Assembly (NCBI GenBank): GCA_000934665.2
Contig: KZ538537.1
Location: 1 to 63,431 of the forward strand
Direction: 5' to 3'
Length of the DNA: 63,431 nt
DNA from: Catajapyx aquilonaris
Taxonomy: Eukaryota
A program made the position numbers and the translations under genes. A model generated the notes under the pieces. The model was not told where the DNA came from and searched no databases. It saw only the letters and a list, made by a program, of their open reading frames with translations. This document shows, one piece after another, positions 50,783 to 63,431 of this stretch (position 1 is the first letter of the stretch; each line of letters starts with the position of its first letter).

Positions 50783-53515
50783 ACCTGACTTTATTGAACG
50801 TACTGTACTGTACCAGCCGTGACAATTTCATGTAAATAAAGGGTATCATTTTATAATATTTCACACTATTTTGGTGAGGAACGCACCTTCAATCAACTTG
50901 TAATATCCAAGTGCAAAATAATAAACCAACAGGAGTAATAAAAAGAAACAAATAATTATGTTCACACCCAGCATCATTAAATGAAATTTTTCCAGTAGTC
51001 CAACTACCGATCGACTTTATTTCGGACACCCTGTACACCGCGTTTGTCGCATTTCCTACCAAGAGATGGCCACACTGAGCGAAAAGTTCGGCATGCCACA
51101 CAGCAAGATGAGATATGTAAGGATAGGTGAGGTGATGTGGAACATCTCAAAGCCATTCTAAAATGGCTAGGCCGTGGGGAAAACGTTAGAAGACACTTCC
51201 GCGATTCAGTTGCAACAAACGCAGCTAGGGTAAGAGATAGGGAGAACCATACTTTCTTTATCCACTTTTGCTGGTATACAGTATATAGCGTCTCGTGGAA
51301 AGGAACCGTACAAGAGCCCTTTTCTCCAATCGCCCTCCTACTTGCCCCGTAAATTTATTCAATATTTTTTTTCTTCCAGTCGGAAAGTTAGGTTCCCCTT
51401 CGTCGTAACGGAGAAGGAGATAGTCAATATAGCAGAAAAGTAGCCAAGTTGAGGAAGTGGAATCTGAAATTGAAAACCTGCAAGGCTATTTCCTACCCAC
51501 TATATACGGAAAGTATACACGAAATGAAGGCCAACAATTCCTTCCACCCACATGACATTGTGAGACACTACCTTGTGGTTACGAAACAGGTTGCAAGGTA
51601 TAGTTAGTATCTGATGCTTGAAAATATGGGGAGGGAAAAAAAGTTCTTTTTATGACGCCATTGTTAGCCTGGAGAGCTATTAGCGAAAGATCTGCTCTAA
51701 TATTTTCTAGATTAAAATCGTGCCAACCAGTTCAAAAATTGGGGTATTCATATTCTACAACTGATAGCGGTGAATGCTCGCGATGACGCTTCTGAATCTC
51801 CAACAATCGTGAGCATATTAAAAATCTCTCTTGCAGAAGAAGTCTGATGCGACTAGCTGGGTTGAGAGAGGAGATAAAATTACATTTTCTTGATAACGGT
51901 GCTCCACCTCTTAATAATAATCTTCGGAATTTCAATGCATGCGCCATGGAATGGTGGGGATGTTTTCTCATCGTCTTTTACCTTGGTTTGGTCGATTTTG
52001 TGCTCCATATGAAAGCCTTTTGTTAATTTCCCTTTTATAAATAATTACATAGTGTTACAGTAGAATACGTAATGAATTACCATGTGCAGACTAACCACTG
52101 TAAAATTATTTTCTAATTGCAGTTTGCAATTAGCAGAGCGCTCAAGCTCTTGATAACAGTCACGATTAGTGCAACTTAGCGTAAAGTCTGGCTATCCTGT
52201 ATTCCATACGCTATCACCAAATGACCTTGTTCATAAAGGCATTCATTTAAAATTGAACGTAACTTTAAAATGAATTACAGCTGCCGGTAAAAAAAATAGT
52301 AGGCAGATAACTGAGGAAAGAGAAAATGAAACTTTGTCTGGTGACCTGAACTCGTAGAGAGGAGGCCTACAGCAGGACATCCTGTCGTTGAGGCAACCCT
52401 TCGGGCAAGTGCAACGGTCAAACATACCTGAAAGGATAGAAACGGAATCATTAGGTGAGTGTGTTACAATATACCACTACACTTATAAAGTTAAACTATG
52501 GATAGACACTTTGGGATGCGCGTATGCAGCTTTAACCTTGTCAGTGGTTTCTGTTGAGTTTCAGCTTCATTTGTATGACATCTGTTGATGTGTGGCAGAA
52601 ATAGCCATTTAGATATTCGAAAGGAGAACCACTTATATTAATTGTGCAAACAATATCTCGCAGTTTAGGGAGGGTGAGAGAAGCTTTGTTATTTCACTTG
52701 CTAATAGGTCAGCAAGAGATCTGCGTCTTGACAGGTAAAAGTTGGGTTCTGAAATTTTAGTAGTTTCCACTGTAACAACAGTATTGTTCGAGGCCGTTTT
52801 AAAGGGGAACAATTCATTTACAAGAGCACGGGGTAGCTAAAATAAAAAGAAAATAAATACAAGAGCAATGTACAGTATATCATACTCGGTACAGCGACTT
52901 TTTTGGAAATTTATTTCCTTTATATTTAAGTTAATGGTTCTGTACGTATTTATTGCTAATTACTCCTCGTGTTATGGAAATGTATTGTGGTCAATGTCAA
53001 CCTTTAAGTGAGAAAGGTTTGTTTCACAAAACTTTCATCACATGCAGTTGATCAGTTACTATGTAATATGCTTCATGTAATAATAATTTGGTTATCAACA
53101 CATGTGTCTGATTGTAAATGCAGGATTATTTTAATAGTGTACGCTATGGATTACCAGTATTCTGCTGGCTAAATTCTGTTCGTTTAAGAGTCAGCTGCAT
53201 TCAACACACGGCATGCTGAATTCGGATGCACACCGCGTAACTACTCAAGTTTGCCACAGTTTGTCCAATCAACACAGTGTTTTTCGAGCGAGCAACGACA
53301 ACAAAAAATCAGGCAAAACGATGAGGCGTTAATACGTGTGGATGTCATTTCCGAAGCCAGCAGAATCTATCTGCTATCGTTTGTACACTCCTGCACATAA
53401 CAAATTCTTGCCCACAGCGCTACTAACTTGATTAGTTTGCTAATTACAGCTTTTAACTGGCTTCCTGGCCAACAAAAAACGCTATTTACAAACCTGGTAA
53501 GATGGGAGCGCTGTA

Positions 53516-53655
53516 CAGTGTTGGACATTAATCGAGGCATACTGCTAGCGACATTTTCCGAAGCGGCAGAAGAAGGACTCCAAGATAAGGATACTGCAAG
53601 CCGGGCGAGCAAGATTCCTTCTTCTGCCGCTTCGGAAAATTTATGTCCAACACTG
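53516..53655. mobile_element. Tc1-like MITE family D copy 1 (TA TSD)
   Basis: TA-CAGTGTTGGACAT...ATGTCCAACACTG-TA, with internal inverted repeat TTTTCCGAAGCGGCAGAAGAAGGA. Confidence 0.88.
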
Positions 53656-53697
53656 TACAGTCACCTGATTATTTCTCAAAATAATTGTTGTCGATAC

Positions 53698-54033
53698 CAG
53701 GGAGCATATACTACATAAGAAGCGCATACATTCGATTTCCGCGTCTCTCTGTTTGGGGCGTTGCCAAGGCTGGTGGCCATCTTGAAGTGTGGTGAACGCC
53801 AACGAGGTATAAATAGGGTACAGGCAAAAATAGGGTCCCCATCTTTGATTCCCGCATGTTCTTGCCGTGTAGTTGCCATGGCCGCCAAAACCATCCAAGA
53901 TGGCGGACCCTATTTTTGCCTGTACCCTATTTATACCTCGTTGGCGTTCCCCACACTTCAAGATGGCCGCCAGCTTTGGCAACGGCCAGGCGCCGACAGA
54001 AGTTTGCGCCTCTTATGTAGTATATGCTCCCTG
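53698..54033. mobile_element. Fold-back MITE with 7-bp TSD, P-element/Galileo-like
   Basis: TIR CAGGGAGCATATACTACATAAGA; TSD TCGATAC at 53691-53697 and 54034-54040; a second internal inverted arm of about 85 bp. Confidence 0.88.
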
Positions 54034-55446
54034 TCGATACCCTCAATATACCGCTTGATTTTTAGTGCAACAGAGTGTATAATACACATGCATATAACCA
54101 CATAACACAGTACATGGTCAGCCATTATTAGTGTGGGAGGTGGACAGGCAACTGGATCATTAAAATCTATCAACACGTATGTTACATTTGGTTTATTATC
54201 AAGCATGGTGCATCAAGTCGTAAATGGAACAAGAACCGGGTTGTTACAAAAGGCATGCACAACGCAATAATTCTACCAGTGCAAATGGGGTAGTATAGTG
54301 CTAGATTCCCCCCCCACTAGTGCTAGTGTACTGCCCGAGCCCAAGGTTCATCCTGAAGAGTAGGCCACCCACACTACACATCTAGAAGTGTAGAATCATT
54401 GAAGCAGTCCCCTTTTTGGCACCCGCACTCATTGACCGTAATTCCACGGCCATTAGTAGAGTCGAGGGCCTTTTCAACGAGAGAAGCCCACCCCCTAGAC
54501 ACCCCTGCCCCCCTACCAAAAAAAGGTGTAGAGGGCAGGAGTGTAGGGCCCAAATTTATTAAGCTTAATTTGCAGAGTGCATCTGGTGCGGCGTGGCCAC
54601 TCGATTGGCCAGACGGATGATGAAAAGGGGGAAGATTGTTGGGCAAATATTGGCCTTCTGGATTTGAGATATGAGCTGGAACTGGGTTTCAGAGGGAATC
54701 GTGCGAGGTGGAAGCTGAGGGAGGAGGGGGAAGGAGGGTGATTTTTCTGCGGCTTTTCCGGTCGCATTTCCGGCCTTCGAACTCTGGGCTTTTCCGGGGA
54801 GGGGAATGAAAAGGGGGGGGGGAGGAGGGGAAGGCTTGTTTCGTCGTCTATTCCTCAGACCGGCCTGTTTGGAGAGAGATGTCAGCTCTAATATGGCTTT
54901 TCTGGGCCTGGAAATTTATTGCTACTTAGCCCCTAAGCCCAACGGGTTGAGATTGATGTCGACTGCAGACTGAAACTCTCGACATTCACTGGTATGGGTA
55001 AGCTTTCATCTTGCCATTCTGCACTGGGATTAACAGAAAGGTTTGCGTGAGTTACATGGAAATGAGCGCTCCATAGGTGTTATCATCATCAGGTGTGATT
55101 GACGCTTCTTCTTGCTCCGACCACAAAATAGTTCCAACTTGCAACTGACCCAACTGCATAAAAACGAAGGCGGTCTGAGATGATTAATAGTGGAAGCATA
55201 CATAATTAGCAGTGGTCAACCTTCATGTCAAAAGGTAAAACTTTTCACCTCATAATTCCCTGCAAAATACCTCAACCATTTCCCTCCAACTTCTAAAGCC
55301 GGTTCCACACTGGATTATTTTCTCTCAAGGAACAGTCCTGTTACGAGCGGTTGCGAGAAATTCCGATTCAATTGGTTCCGTCACACTTCGCCCGAAACAA
55401 ACTCGCCCGATGAAAATTCGCCCGGCGACAACTCGCCCTACGTATA

Positions 55447-55605
55447 CAGGGTGTTTCAACTTTTTATCCGAACAGTTATCGGAAAATTGCACGTAGCTGC
55501 TACTTTGTAAGCAGTGACTTGCAACCGGTGATTTGTCGGAGGAATGGGGAATGGGGAATGGGGAAAAAGAGGGTCACATATCCCATGGCATGTGTGACCC
55601 TCTTT
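55447..55605. mobile_element. MITE family C, truncated copy (one arm)
   Basis: TA-CAGGGTGTTTCAACTTTTTATCCGAACAGTTATCGGAAAATTGCACGTAGCTGC..., nearly identical to the arms of 37329-37632. Confidence 0.85.
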
Positions 55606-55638
55606 ATTTCAGTCTTGACGGTGTGTGTGTGTGTTTTT

Positions 55639-55916
55639 TGTCTTCAATAAGATCTGGGGACGGAAACAGGTGTGTTGCTGTAACTCTGGGGACGCTGACC
55701 CAATTGTGGGGACATTTTCGGTCCCCACAGCTCGACCCACGAGAATATCACCGTTACAGTGGAGACATGTCCCCACTATTTCGTTTGCAGGGTTTCACAA
55801 AAGTCCATTTCTCTCAGCCTAGATTAGTTAGGGTAGGTTAGGTTAGGTTAGGTTAGGTTAGTTTACACTCGCTACGAAAAGTTCAGTTTCCACGTCCCCA
55901 CACCTTAGTGAAGACA
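55639..55916. mobile_element. TIR element within a (TG)n tract, carrying (TTAGG)n
   Basis: TIRs TGTCTTCAATAAGATCTGGGGAC (55639-55661) and GTCCCCACACCTTAGTGAAGACA (55894-55916). Repeated GGGGAC/GTCCCC motifs inside, TG repeats on both sides. Confidence 0.75.
55824..55861 (+). repeat. Interstitial arthropod telomeric-type repeat (TTAGG)n
   Basis: TTAGTTAGGGTAGGTTAGGTTAGGTTAGGTTAGGTTAG. Confidence 0.9.
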
Positions 55917-55920
55917 GGTC

Positions 55921-55989
55921 TGTGTGTATTTGTGTGAAGGGTTGCTTCAAGACCAGGATAAAGTGGCCAAAACTATTTGAGCCCCACAG
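55921..55989. mobile_element. MITE family A right arm (copy 3, disrupted)
   Basis: TGTG..GAAGGGTTGCTTCAAGACCAGGATAAAGTGGCCAAAACTATTTGAGCCCCACAG-TA. Confidence 0.85.
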
Positions 55990-56063
55990 TACCGGTATAT
56001 TGGACGAGTTTGCATCATACCGATTCAATTCATGACGTCACGTGAAGACTTGAACGTTTATCC

Positions 56064-56066
56064 TTA

Positions 56067-56111
<45 letters not shown>
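56064..56111. repeat. (TTA)n microsatellite
   Basis: Direct reading of the tandem TTA run. Confidence 0.95.
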
Positions 56112-56112
<1 letters not shown>

Positions 56113-56753
56113 AAGGGGTCGAACCCAGTAGTTGTAATGCGAATTAGGGTAATGAAAATGTGGCATAAATTCGGTGATGTATGGACAAGTTGAATCATTG
56201 CGACAGAAAAAACACATAGCTAGGAGAGTGACGCTGGGTCCTCACACACTCGGATCAAAAATCCCATCAGGACGTAATCTATACATTACAATTTGTGCAA
56301 TAGGTTGCAAAATTCGCTCGGAATCCCCTAGCGCAAGGGGCACTAAGCGAGAAATTGGGAGTTGCGGGGATAACGCCATGTGCACGTTCCGATACAAATT
56401 CCTCTAGGGAAGGGCACGCACTGACCATTAAAAAATGGACGTAATGAAAAGTCGCTAAAAAATGGGTTCCGAGTTGGCCGAACACTGGAGCCAGCATGTT
56501 AGGCTACATTATCGACCTAGTCAAAAACCTTTGTGCGGGATTTTTCATGAGAGGGGCGTACACAGTTGTTCGGATTAGAGATGGACTGCCACGTGACACT
56601 GTCATCAGGCAGTGTCCAACACAAAGGTGGACACTGAATTGAAATTGGTTCATATTTGACCCCGCCTGTTTCTTTGTAGGTTACTACCAGGGTTGCATAT
56701 CAGCACTTGTCTCATAATTCAACTGACCATCTCATAGAAGCTACTGCACTGTA

Positions 56754-57105
56754 ATTCATGTACCGACTCGGAGGTGGTATTTGTGATCAACAAATATCAT
56801 CTACAGTAGCTACTGACTTGTATGCAGCCCATCGTTCAGATGTACAGTACTATCGGGTTCAAATACTTTTGGCCTCTTTATCCTGGTCTTGAAGCAACCC
56901 TTCGCACAGACCCCAAGGAGGTGTGTGTGTGAAGGGTTGCTTCAAGACCAGGATAAAGTGGCCAAAAGTATTTGAACCCGATAGTACTGACTTGCAAATA
57001 GTACATCATAATGCACCGATTCATGTATCGACTACCGTCTACAGTACTGACTTGTATACGGTAATTGTTGATCACAAAATATCACCTCCAAGTCGGTGCA
57101 TGAAT
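56754..57105. mobile_element. Fold-back MITE family B copy 2, hosting a family A insertion
   Basis: Same TIRs and internal CAGCCCATCGTTCA...AAATAGTACATCA as 30053-30265. Confidence 0.8.
56850..56984. mobile_element. MITE family A copy 4 (variant subfamily), nested in family B
   Basis: gTA-CTATCGGGTTCAAATACTTTTGGCC...GGCCAAAAGTATTTGAACCCGATAG-TAc. Confidence 0.92.
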
Positions 57106-60100
57106 GATTTATGTACCAATTCATGTACTATTTGCCAATCTGATAAGAATCAAGGAATTGCCCAAATAGCCAACATCACTTTCAATAAATCTATCAGGCA
57201 ATGCATACAGAGTAAGAAACTATTAATTAGGTAATTATTATGAACATTCAACAATTGAATTGCAATTCAGTAATTGTTCTTCACTTTCACGATCAAATTG
57301 TTATATCGCTTATCCTAGTCCTCTCCCTCATTCCCCAAGCTTCTAGCACTATAGGAAGAGGCCAGATTAGAAATGATAATATTCCTGTAGGTTACCTCAT
57401 TTCGGGTTCAGATGGGGAAGAAGTGGAGCAAACGAGGAGGGTGGAGGCCAGTGTAAAACATTCAGCAGACTAATCCTACAGAATGCTGCTAGCCATTGTA
57501 GAGAGAGTCAGTCCCTGCACATTACAGCCCATTAAAATTTAGAATAGGCTGCAAAAAGGAAGCGCCTAGCCCCATACCCGAGGATCTTTTTCTGCCCAGG
57601 ATGCAGTTAGTTCATGGGAACGTAAAGAGTGACCCCCCCCCTCCCCTATATACCCTTCCCTCCCCTGTTCCACACTGTTTAGTTTAGTAAATGCAGTGAA
57701 TGCCATTAACTGGCAACTGTGAAATATGGCGACATTTGCTGCTCTCTTGTGTGCCTCCCTCTCCGGCCATGTTTATTACAGTGAAAACGGCCAATGAAAA
57801 ACGGAACATTTTTGAAAGTCCGCTGGTTGGTCATTGTGCTCTAATGAAATCGCAGTCTCTGGTTTAGACGTGGTTTTTTCGGGAGCATTCACGAGGATTA
57901 GGCCAGGGCGTGCGGTGTAACCAGTACGTGTAGTGGAAAAGTGTAGCAGTCGGAGCAGCTACAAAAGTACACTAGATCCCGTCTATTTATTATGCATGTG
58001 CCATTGAAAGGGTTTAATTTTGCATCACAAAGTGGCGAGAAAATAAAGCTTTGATTTTTTTTTCTGTTGTTCCAGGAGGATCCTGGATGTGGCGGCACTA
58101 TTGCCATTACATTGGTAAACAGTGGCATGTTCGCATGCTCCACTAACAAGCTATCGAGTCGAGCGCCCCCTATCAGTGGCCAAGGATCATGCATTAATGC
58201 ACCGGGTGTCCCAAAAGGAAAAGCTAAACCAGCCGGTTGAATTCCCTGTTAGATGGAGATGATGGATTACTCACGCCAGATGCAGTAGATAAGAGCGACT
58301 TTGATACTGCCAGGACGGTACAGGTTGTGTGGAAGTATCAAACTCGGCCTTTTCTGGTTGGCGTGACTAATCCATCATCCACATCTCGCCAAGGATTCGA
58401 GCCATGCTTTTTGGACACTGTTCATACCCTGCACGTACAAGGATTCAAGTGAAGAAAAGTTAATAACCACAATTATTTGGAGGTTGCTTATTTTGGACCC
58501 TTCATGGAAGCAGGTCATGCCAATGCAACGAAAGCGTGGGATTGGTTAGAGACCCGCCAGCCCCATTCTCATTGGCTGATCAGTGCGCATGCCTCATAAC
58601 CACTGCTTTTGGCTCCTCAATCAAACAATCCAAATGCAATAAGTAAATTATTAGTAAAATCTGTATCATCAGGTGTGTATTGTTGACTCGGTAGGGAAAA
58701 GGTATCATGCGCACCCCATTTTATGTTTGCTGTGCATCAGAATTTGCGATCATTCAGAGGTTCTATGGATATTTTATTAGCGACGGTATGCGCTGTTTAT
58801 TGATTGATGAAATATTAATTGCGCCTACGTATAGAAGGGTGAGTGATGAGAACTGGAATCTTCGCATACAGCCGCATCCATGCACAGCGCTTGCTCGATT
58901 GGAACTATGGATTTTACCTCACATCAAACCGGGTTTACCAAAATACACCTTGCCAATTTTAGTTTCAACCCAGTTCTAAATTTCCTCAAGGTATGGCAAC
59001 ATCTGAGACGTGAAATGAGTTAGACACTGTCGGATCTCCGTCATTTTTGACCTTTTAATTGCTAAGACAACGGGAAAAAAACTGATGAAATGCCTTCTAT
59101 TAGTGCAGCCTCCATCTGTTCAAGGATTAACACCGAATGAAAGCTCTCGTAGCCTTACAGTACCTTTCAGATAAAATGGAGAGAGTTAAAGAGATGTCTG
59201 AATTCATGTTCTCAGCACTCTTCTCCGTCAAACTTTATTTGGGGAACGGGAGTGTTGGCTCAATATTTAATGCCGGCCTAAGGAACATAGAGAGAAGTAG
59301 AGGGAAGACTGGAGGAGGGAGAGACGTCAAAGAGATCGGTTTGAGGGGACCAAGTTGAAGATCTTTTGTTTCACCCTACCTGCTCCAATTCATTTGGAAG
59401 TTTAATCAAAGAGTAAAACAAACCCTGGTTAAGATTTTAGGGGTGTGTGTGTGTGCTTCAGAGAGAGACGTTATAATAATGAGAAGGGGGGGGGGGGGNN
59501 NNNNNNNNNNNGGGGGAGAAACAGGTTTTGTGGTGGCGGAACAAAATTGGAGGCCTCTAATATCACCTCCAGAGGACGCCGAACACTTCAGAACCTATTA
59601 CCTGAAATTAGAGTGATCTGCGTTTAATCTGGCCTTTGTTCCAAAGTAGAATGTTTTCTTGCTCCACCGGCGCATCATGCTCTATTGGGCCCAGGAGTGA
59701 TTACAGAAATTGGATTCGATAATCCGTCAACACTCGCACCTACCAATTTAAAAGATTGCTCAAAATTTTATTGGGTTCAATTAGAGCTACTACATTTTTC
59801 TCTCTAAATGTTGACTCCTCCATATGGTTGTACTTGCACTTTTATTCAAATCAAGTTTCAGTTGTTTGCAAACGAGCAACTGCAATCAAGATCCTTCCTT
59901 TGAGTCAAACTACCAGCAAAATCTTCACATCACCTGCTCCCCTCCTTCCCACCCAGCCCAATAGACCTCAAAAGCATGCAGTTTGGTAGTCTTATGTGAC
60001 GGCGTATTTATTTAACGCGAAAAGTTCTCAAAGGAAAGTTTGTATAAACACGATGCTCCTTATAGCCGTATCCAAGTTCGGAGGTGAATCCCCCCCCCCC

Positions 60101-61372
60101 CCNCCCCCATAGTAGTTACCGGTTTTATCATTATGGCGAGGAAGGGAGAGCGCAATTATGTAAGTCTACCTTGTGTACATCAAGCACACAGAATCTTATC
60201 GATCATGTTTGCACGTTTCGACGTTAAGAAGGTTGTTAATATTACTGTTAGAACCGATTATTGCTATACTTTAAATCACCACCTTGCATCATTAATAATT
60301 ATGAGATCAATTTGATTGTCTTACCTGCCTATAAGGGCATGTGAATATTAAAGAACACAATCTGCCATCCTGTGTCGCTGAACCTAATCTATACTGCAGA
60401 CCCTGGCTTTTGTTCAACACTCCGCATTTTTAAGGCACATTGACAACGAAACACAAGCTACCCTTTGATGTCGAAAATACGGTATTCCCACTGACGTGCT
60501 CTGAAAATGTGCCGCAAAACAATTTGCATTTATTGTCGATTTGCATAAAATTACTGTTTCGCCACCCCTCCTCCTAGGTCTCGAATTGACGAATGATTTC
60601 AATGGTAGGTAGGAGGTAGAAGGGTAGAATCCCCCCTTACCTACCCGACTCCCCCTTTCGTTCAGCCCCCATACTGTAAAGTTAGCCATCCGTGAAACCT
60701 TAGCACTGCGGAGTTAGTGGAAGGAGGGGCAGGGAGAGGGTGGGGAGTGGAGGGGGGGAATAAATCTTGAGAGGTTTCTGCCGGTACACAAATCAGTGGT
60801 GCTGGTGCACCCCAAGCCCAGGCCACTTAATATGCATGCGGCTTTTCGCATGTCGCCGTTCGCAGTGTTCCTGAGGGAAGCTAATTCTGAAACTAGCCGT
60901 GGACCAAAAACGGAATTAGATGAGGGTTGCACCCCCACCCCACCCACACACAATCTTCCCCTCAACTCCCATTCCCGCCGGCTCACTTTAAACCTTTGTC
61001 TCTGTTCCCGCCTTTTCCGACCTCGCCCACTATGCTTTGCGTCAAGCCGTCAACCCTAGCTTTATGAATACACACTGGTTTTAAAATGATGCCAAAAACA
61101 CTGGCGAAGTAAGGTAAACAAAAATTGCTGTAGATAGATTCTAATAAAAAATATGCCGCAATTTTTTCTCATGATTTCAGTGCCAGATATTGTGGAATTT
61201 GATAGGGTATAGCAGCTGGAACTATATATACAATGGTGTAGGGAAATACTGTATGATTTGCCTGCAGGATACAGAAGAATTCAGCATTTTTTGTAAACCA
61301 GCTGTATTGCAACACAGAGACAATCATGTCTTTTTCATTAAAATAATGGCAAACGACACAACTAACCCTGTA

Positions 61373-61534
61373 CAGTGCTGGCCATATATTGAGGCAACCG
61401 CCAGCGACATTTTTCCGAAGCGGCAGAAGAAGGAATCGAAGATAGGCATGCTACAAGCCGGGCGAGCAAGATTCCTTCTTCTGCCGCTTCGGAAAAATAT
61501 CGCTGGCGGTTGCCTCGATATATGACCAACACTG
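61373..61534. mobile_element. Tc1-like MITE family D copy 2 (complete arms)
   Basis: TA-CAGTGCTGGCCATAT...ATATGACCAACACTG-TA, with the same core CAAGCCGGGCGAGCAAGATTCCTTCTTCTGCCGCTTCGGAAAA as copy 1. Confidence 0.9.
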
Positions 61535-63252
61535 TACCACCCACCATGGATATCATTTTCTCGGAACAATTTGAATCAACTCATATGTTGGTGATCTGGA
61601 GTTTGGATAACTGGCGGGTTACAAGAGAGGTATTTATTCTGTCGCAGTGGGAGCTTGGTTCAATGTTGATAAGGTGTGGCAGTACATTATATTTTTTCCG
61701 GCCCTAATAACTCATTTGCTAAATGATGTTTCCATGTCACAGTATACGCAGGTGGATTTATCCGGTTATTCCATTTCATGTCAATATTTGGGGAGTAAAT
61801 GTGTGCGATGAGCTCTGCTAAATATCATAACATCATACATTTTTAGATTATAGGAAAAAATTTGTTTTTTTAAAAAACAAATGGAGAGTGGAAATTCTCA
61901 CTGCGGATTAATTTCGGAATACTGTATTATGTCAGAGATATACAGGTAAAACATCGAGCACGTTAAATGTATCACTAATATAATGGCACCTATTGTATTG
62001 TGAATGGAAAGTTGACAGCATTTTATTGCGCACTTTAGTGGTTATAACGGCGTTGTCCCTGGAGCATACTATTGGCACATTAAAATATGAACATGCAGCG
62101 ATGCACAAATAAAATAGAAAGGATTAATTTGGGCACAACGGGGGTATTCAAAAAAGAAATATTTAAATGACAATAGCTCTAAAATGGTAACTGTGCTACC
62201 TTCATTATTTGCACGTAATCGCCTAAATATTAAATCACCTCGCATAATCTGCATGCACCTGGGACCTTCATAGCATTACCCACCCGGCCTACTACGAATA
62301 GGAATAAACTACGTGCCAATGGAAGCGAGTAAGAGTGAAAATGTTTGATTAAAAGGCCATCACCAGCTGTGTAATGTCCCAAACAACCAAAGTAACATTA
62401 ATTACTTTTTTAAACGCATGTAGACCTACCTAAGAAAACCAGTACGGTTTAACCCAGATATGCCTGGCGTCCTATATATAGGAAACTCGTACAGTCAATA
62501 TGATAGCAGTTCTTCATTTGCCCATTAAAAATAATGTTTAAGAAAACATAATTTAGGTATATTTAAGATGACAAAAGGGTGGTGTCTTTTAAATAAGCAA
62601 ATGACCTTGTAAAGTTTAAATAATATATGTAATATTAATAATGTAATATTAAATATATATGTAAATAATAAAACTGCTCAAAACTTTTTTGATACCTATA
62701 CGTAAGGAGGGAGGGCCCCCCCAAGGGCCACGTGCCCTAGAATAGAGCATGAAATAAATAAACAAACACATAATAAATGAGGAAAGTGGAGGGTGTGGCG
62801 TAAACAATGTGGACGACCACCTTGAGATCGCCACAAGTCATGATCTTGGCCCCTAATTTCATCCAGGGCCCGGTTGGACCATTTCTCTTCAGTGAAGGCA
62901 GTGTCAATAAAGAATTCCACCTGAGCATGTTCAGGAATCAATTGACCAGACTTGGGAGAGGTGCTACACTATTGTTTCAGGCTCATTACACAATTAATGT
63001 GAGAAATTGGTTGAACGTGACCTGTGAGCTGCTTTAGACGGGCGTGTCGCACTTCACCCTCACTTTAATATTGATAATCATTCAACACTTCACGTTTTGT
63101 TCAGGAAATCCATATCGCACTGTGCACCATTACTGGAAGAGAGGGATTATGGTATAGGATTATTTAAATGTGTGAGTATATGGCATTAGACGACATATTT
63201 AAAAAGTCAGTTCAAACTGATATCATGCATTATATTTTACTTTTAAAAAATA

Positions 63253-63431
63253 CAGGGTGATCAAACTTTTTTGTCGTTTTAGTTACTGACAAATTCGGCA
63301 TAAGCTGCTTATGTTTAGCCCGTTACCTGGCAACCCCGTCCGGCGGGCCAATTCAAACATCGGCACATGGAGAGCGCTTCCATTGTTGCCACTGTTTACA
63401 AATCGAGTGAGTGACGCGGGCGACCCAGCGA
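63253..63431. mobile_element. Diverged family C-related mariner-type element, probably cut by the window edge
   Basis: TA-CAGGGTGATCAAACTTTTT..AGTTA..AAATT..AGCTGCT..GCAACC aligns by eye with the family C arm. Confidence 0.55.

Noticed and set aside
51015..51035. Lone CACCCTGTA mariner-like end
   Set aside because: No matching left terminus could be identified.
53641..54105. Overlapping ORFs on both strands with similar peptides
   Set aside because: Mirror translations of the palindromic MITE at 53698-54033.

Overview
Eukaryotic genomic DNA, very probably arthropod (Sidestep-family gene, TTAGG repeats). The window is almost entirely intronic. It holds two minus-strand coding exons (18738-18606 and 8171-7963) that splice in frame into the N-terminal V-type Ig domain of a Sidestep (Side)-family cell-adhesion protein; neither reading frame appears in the supplied ORF track. 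I could not locate the signal-peptide exon or the downstream exons. The introns contain a decayed, intron-containing P-element/THAP9-type transposase, several families of fold-back MITEs (TA, 7-bp and 8-bp target-site duplications), four tRNA-derived SINE families, LINE relics and nested insertions. I found no prokaryotic features or CRISPR array. The best second-look items are: a TIR element carrying telomeric TTAGG repeats inserted into the (TG)n core of another MITE; a strong excess of TACAGTA/TACTGTA, matching Tc1/mariner excision footprints; a fold-back element with an internal 138-bp array; a P/Galileo-like MITE; SINEs with different cores but a shared tail; and a speculative spliced antisense micro-ORF. 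All family assignments come from recalled motifs, not database searches.
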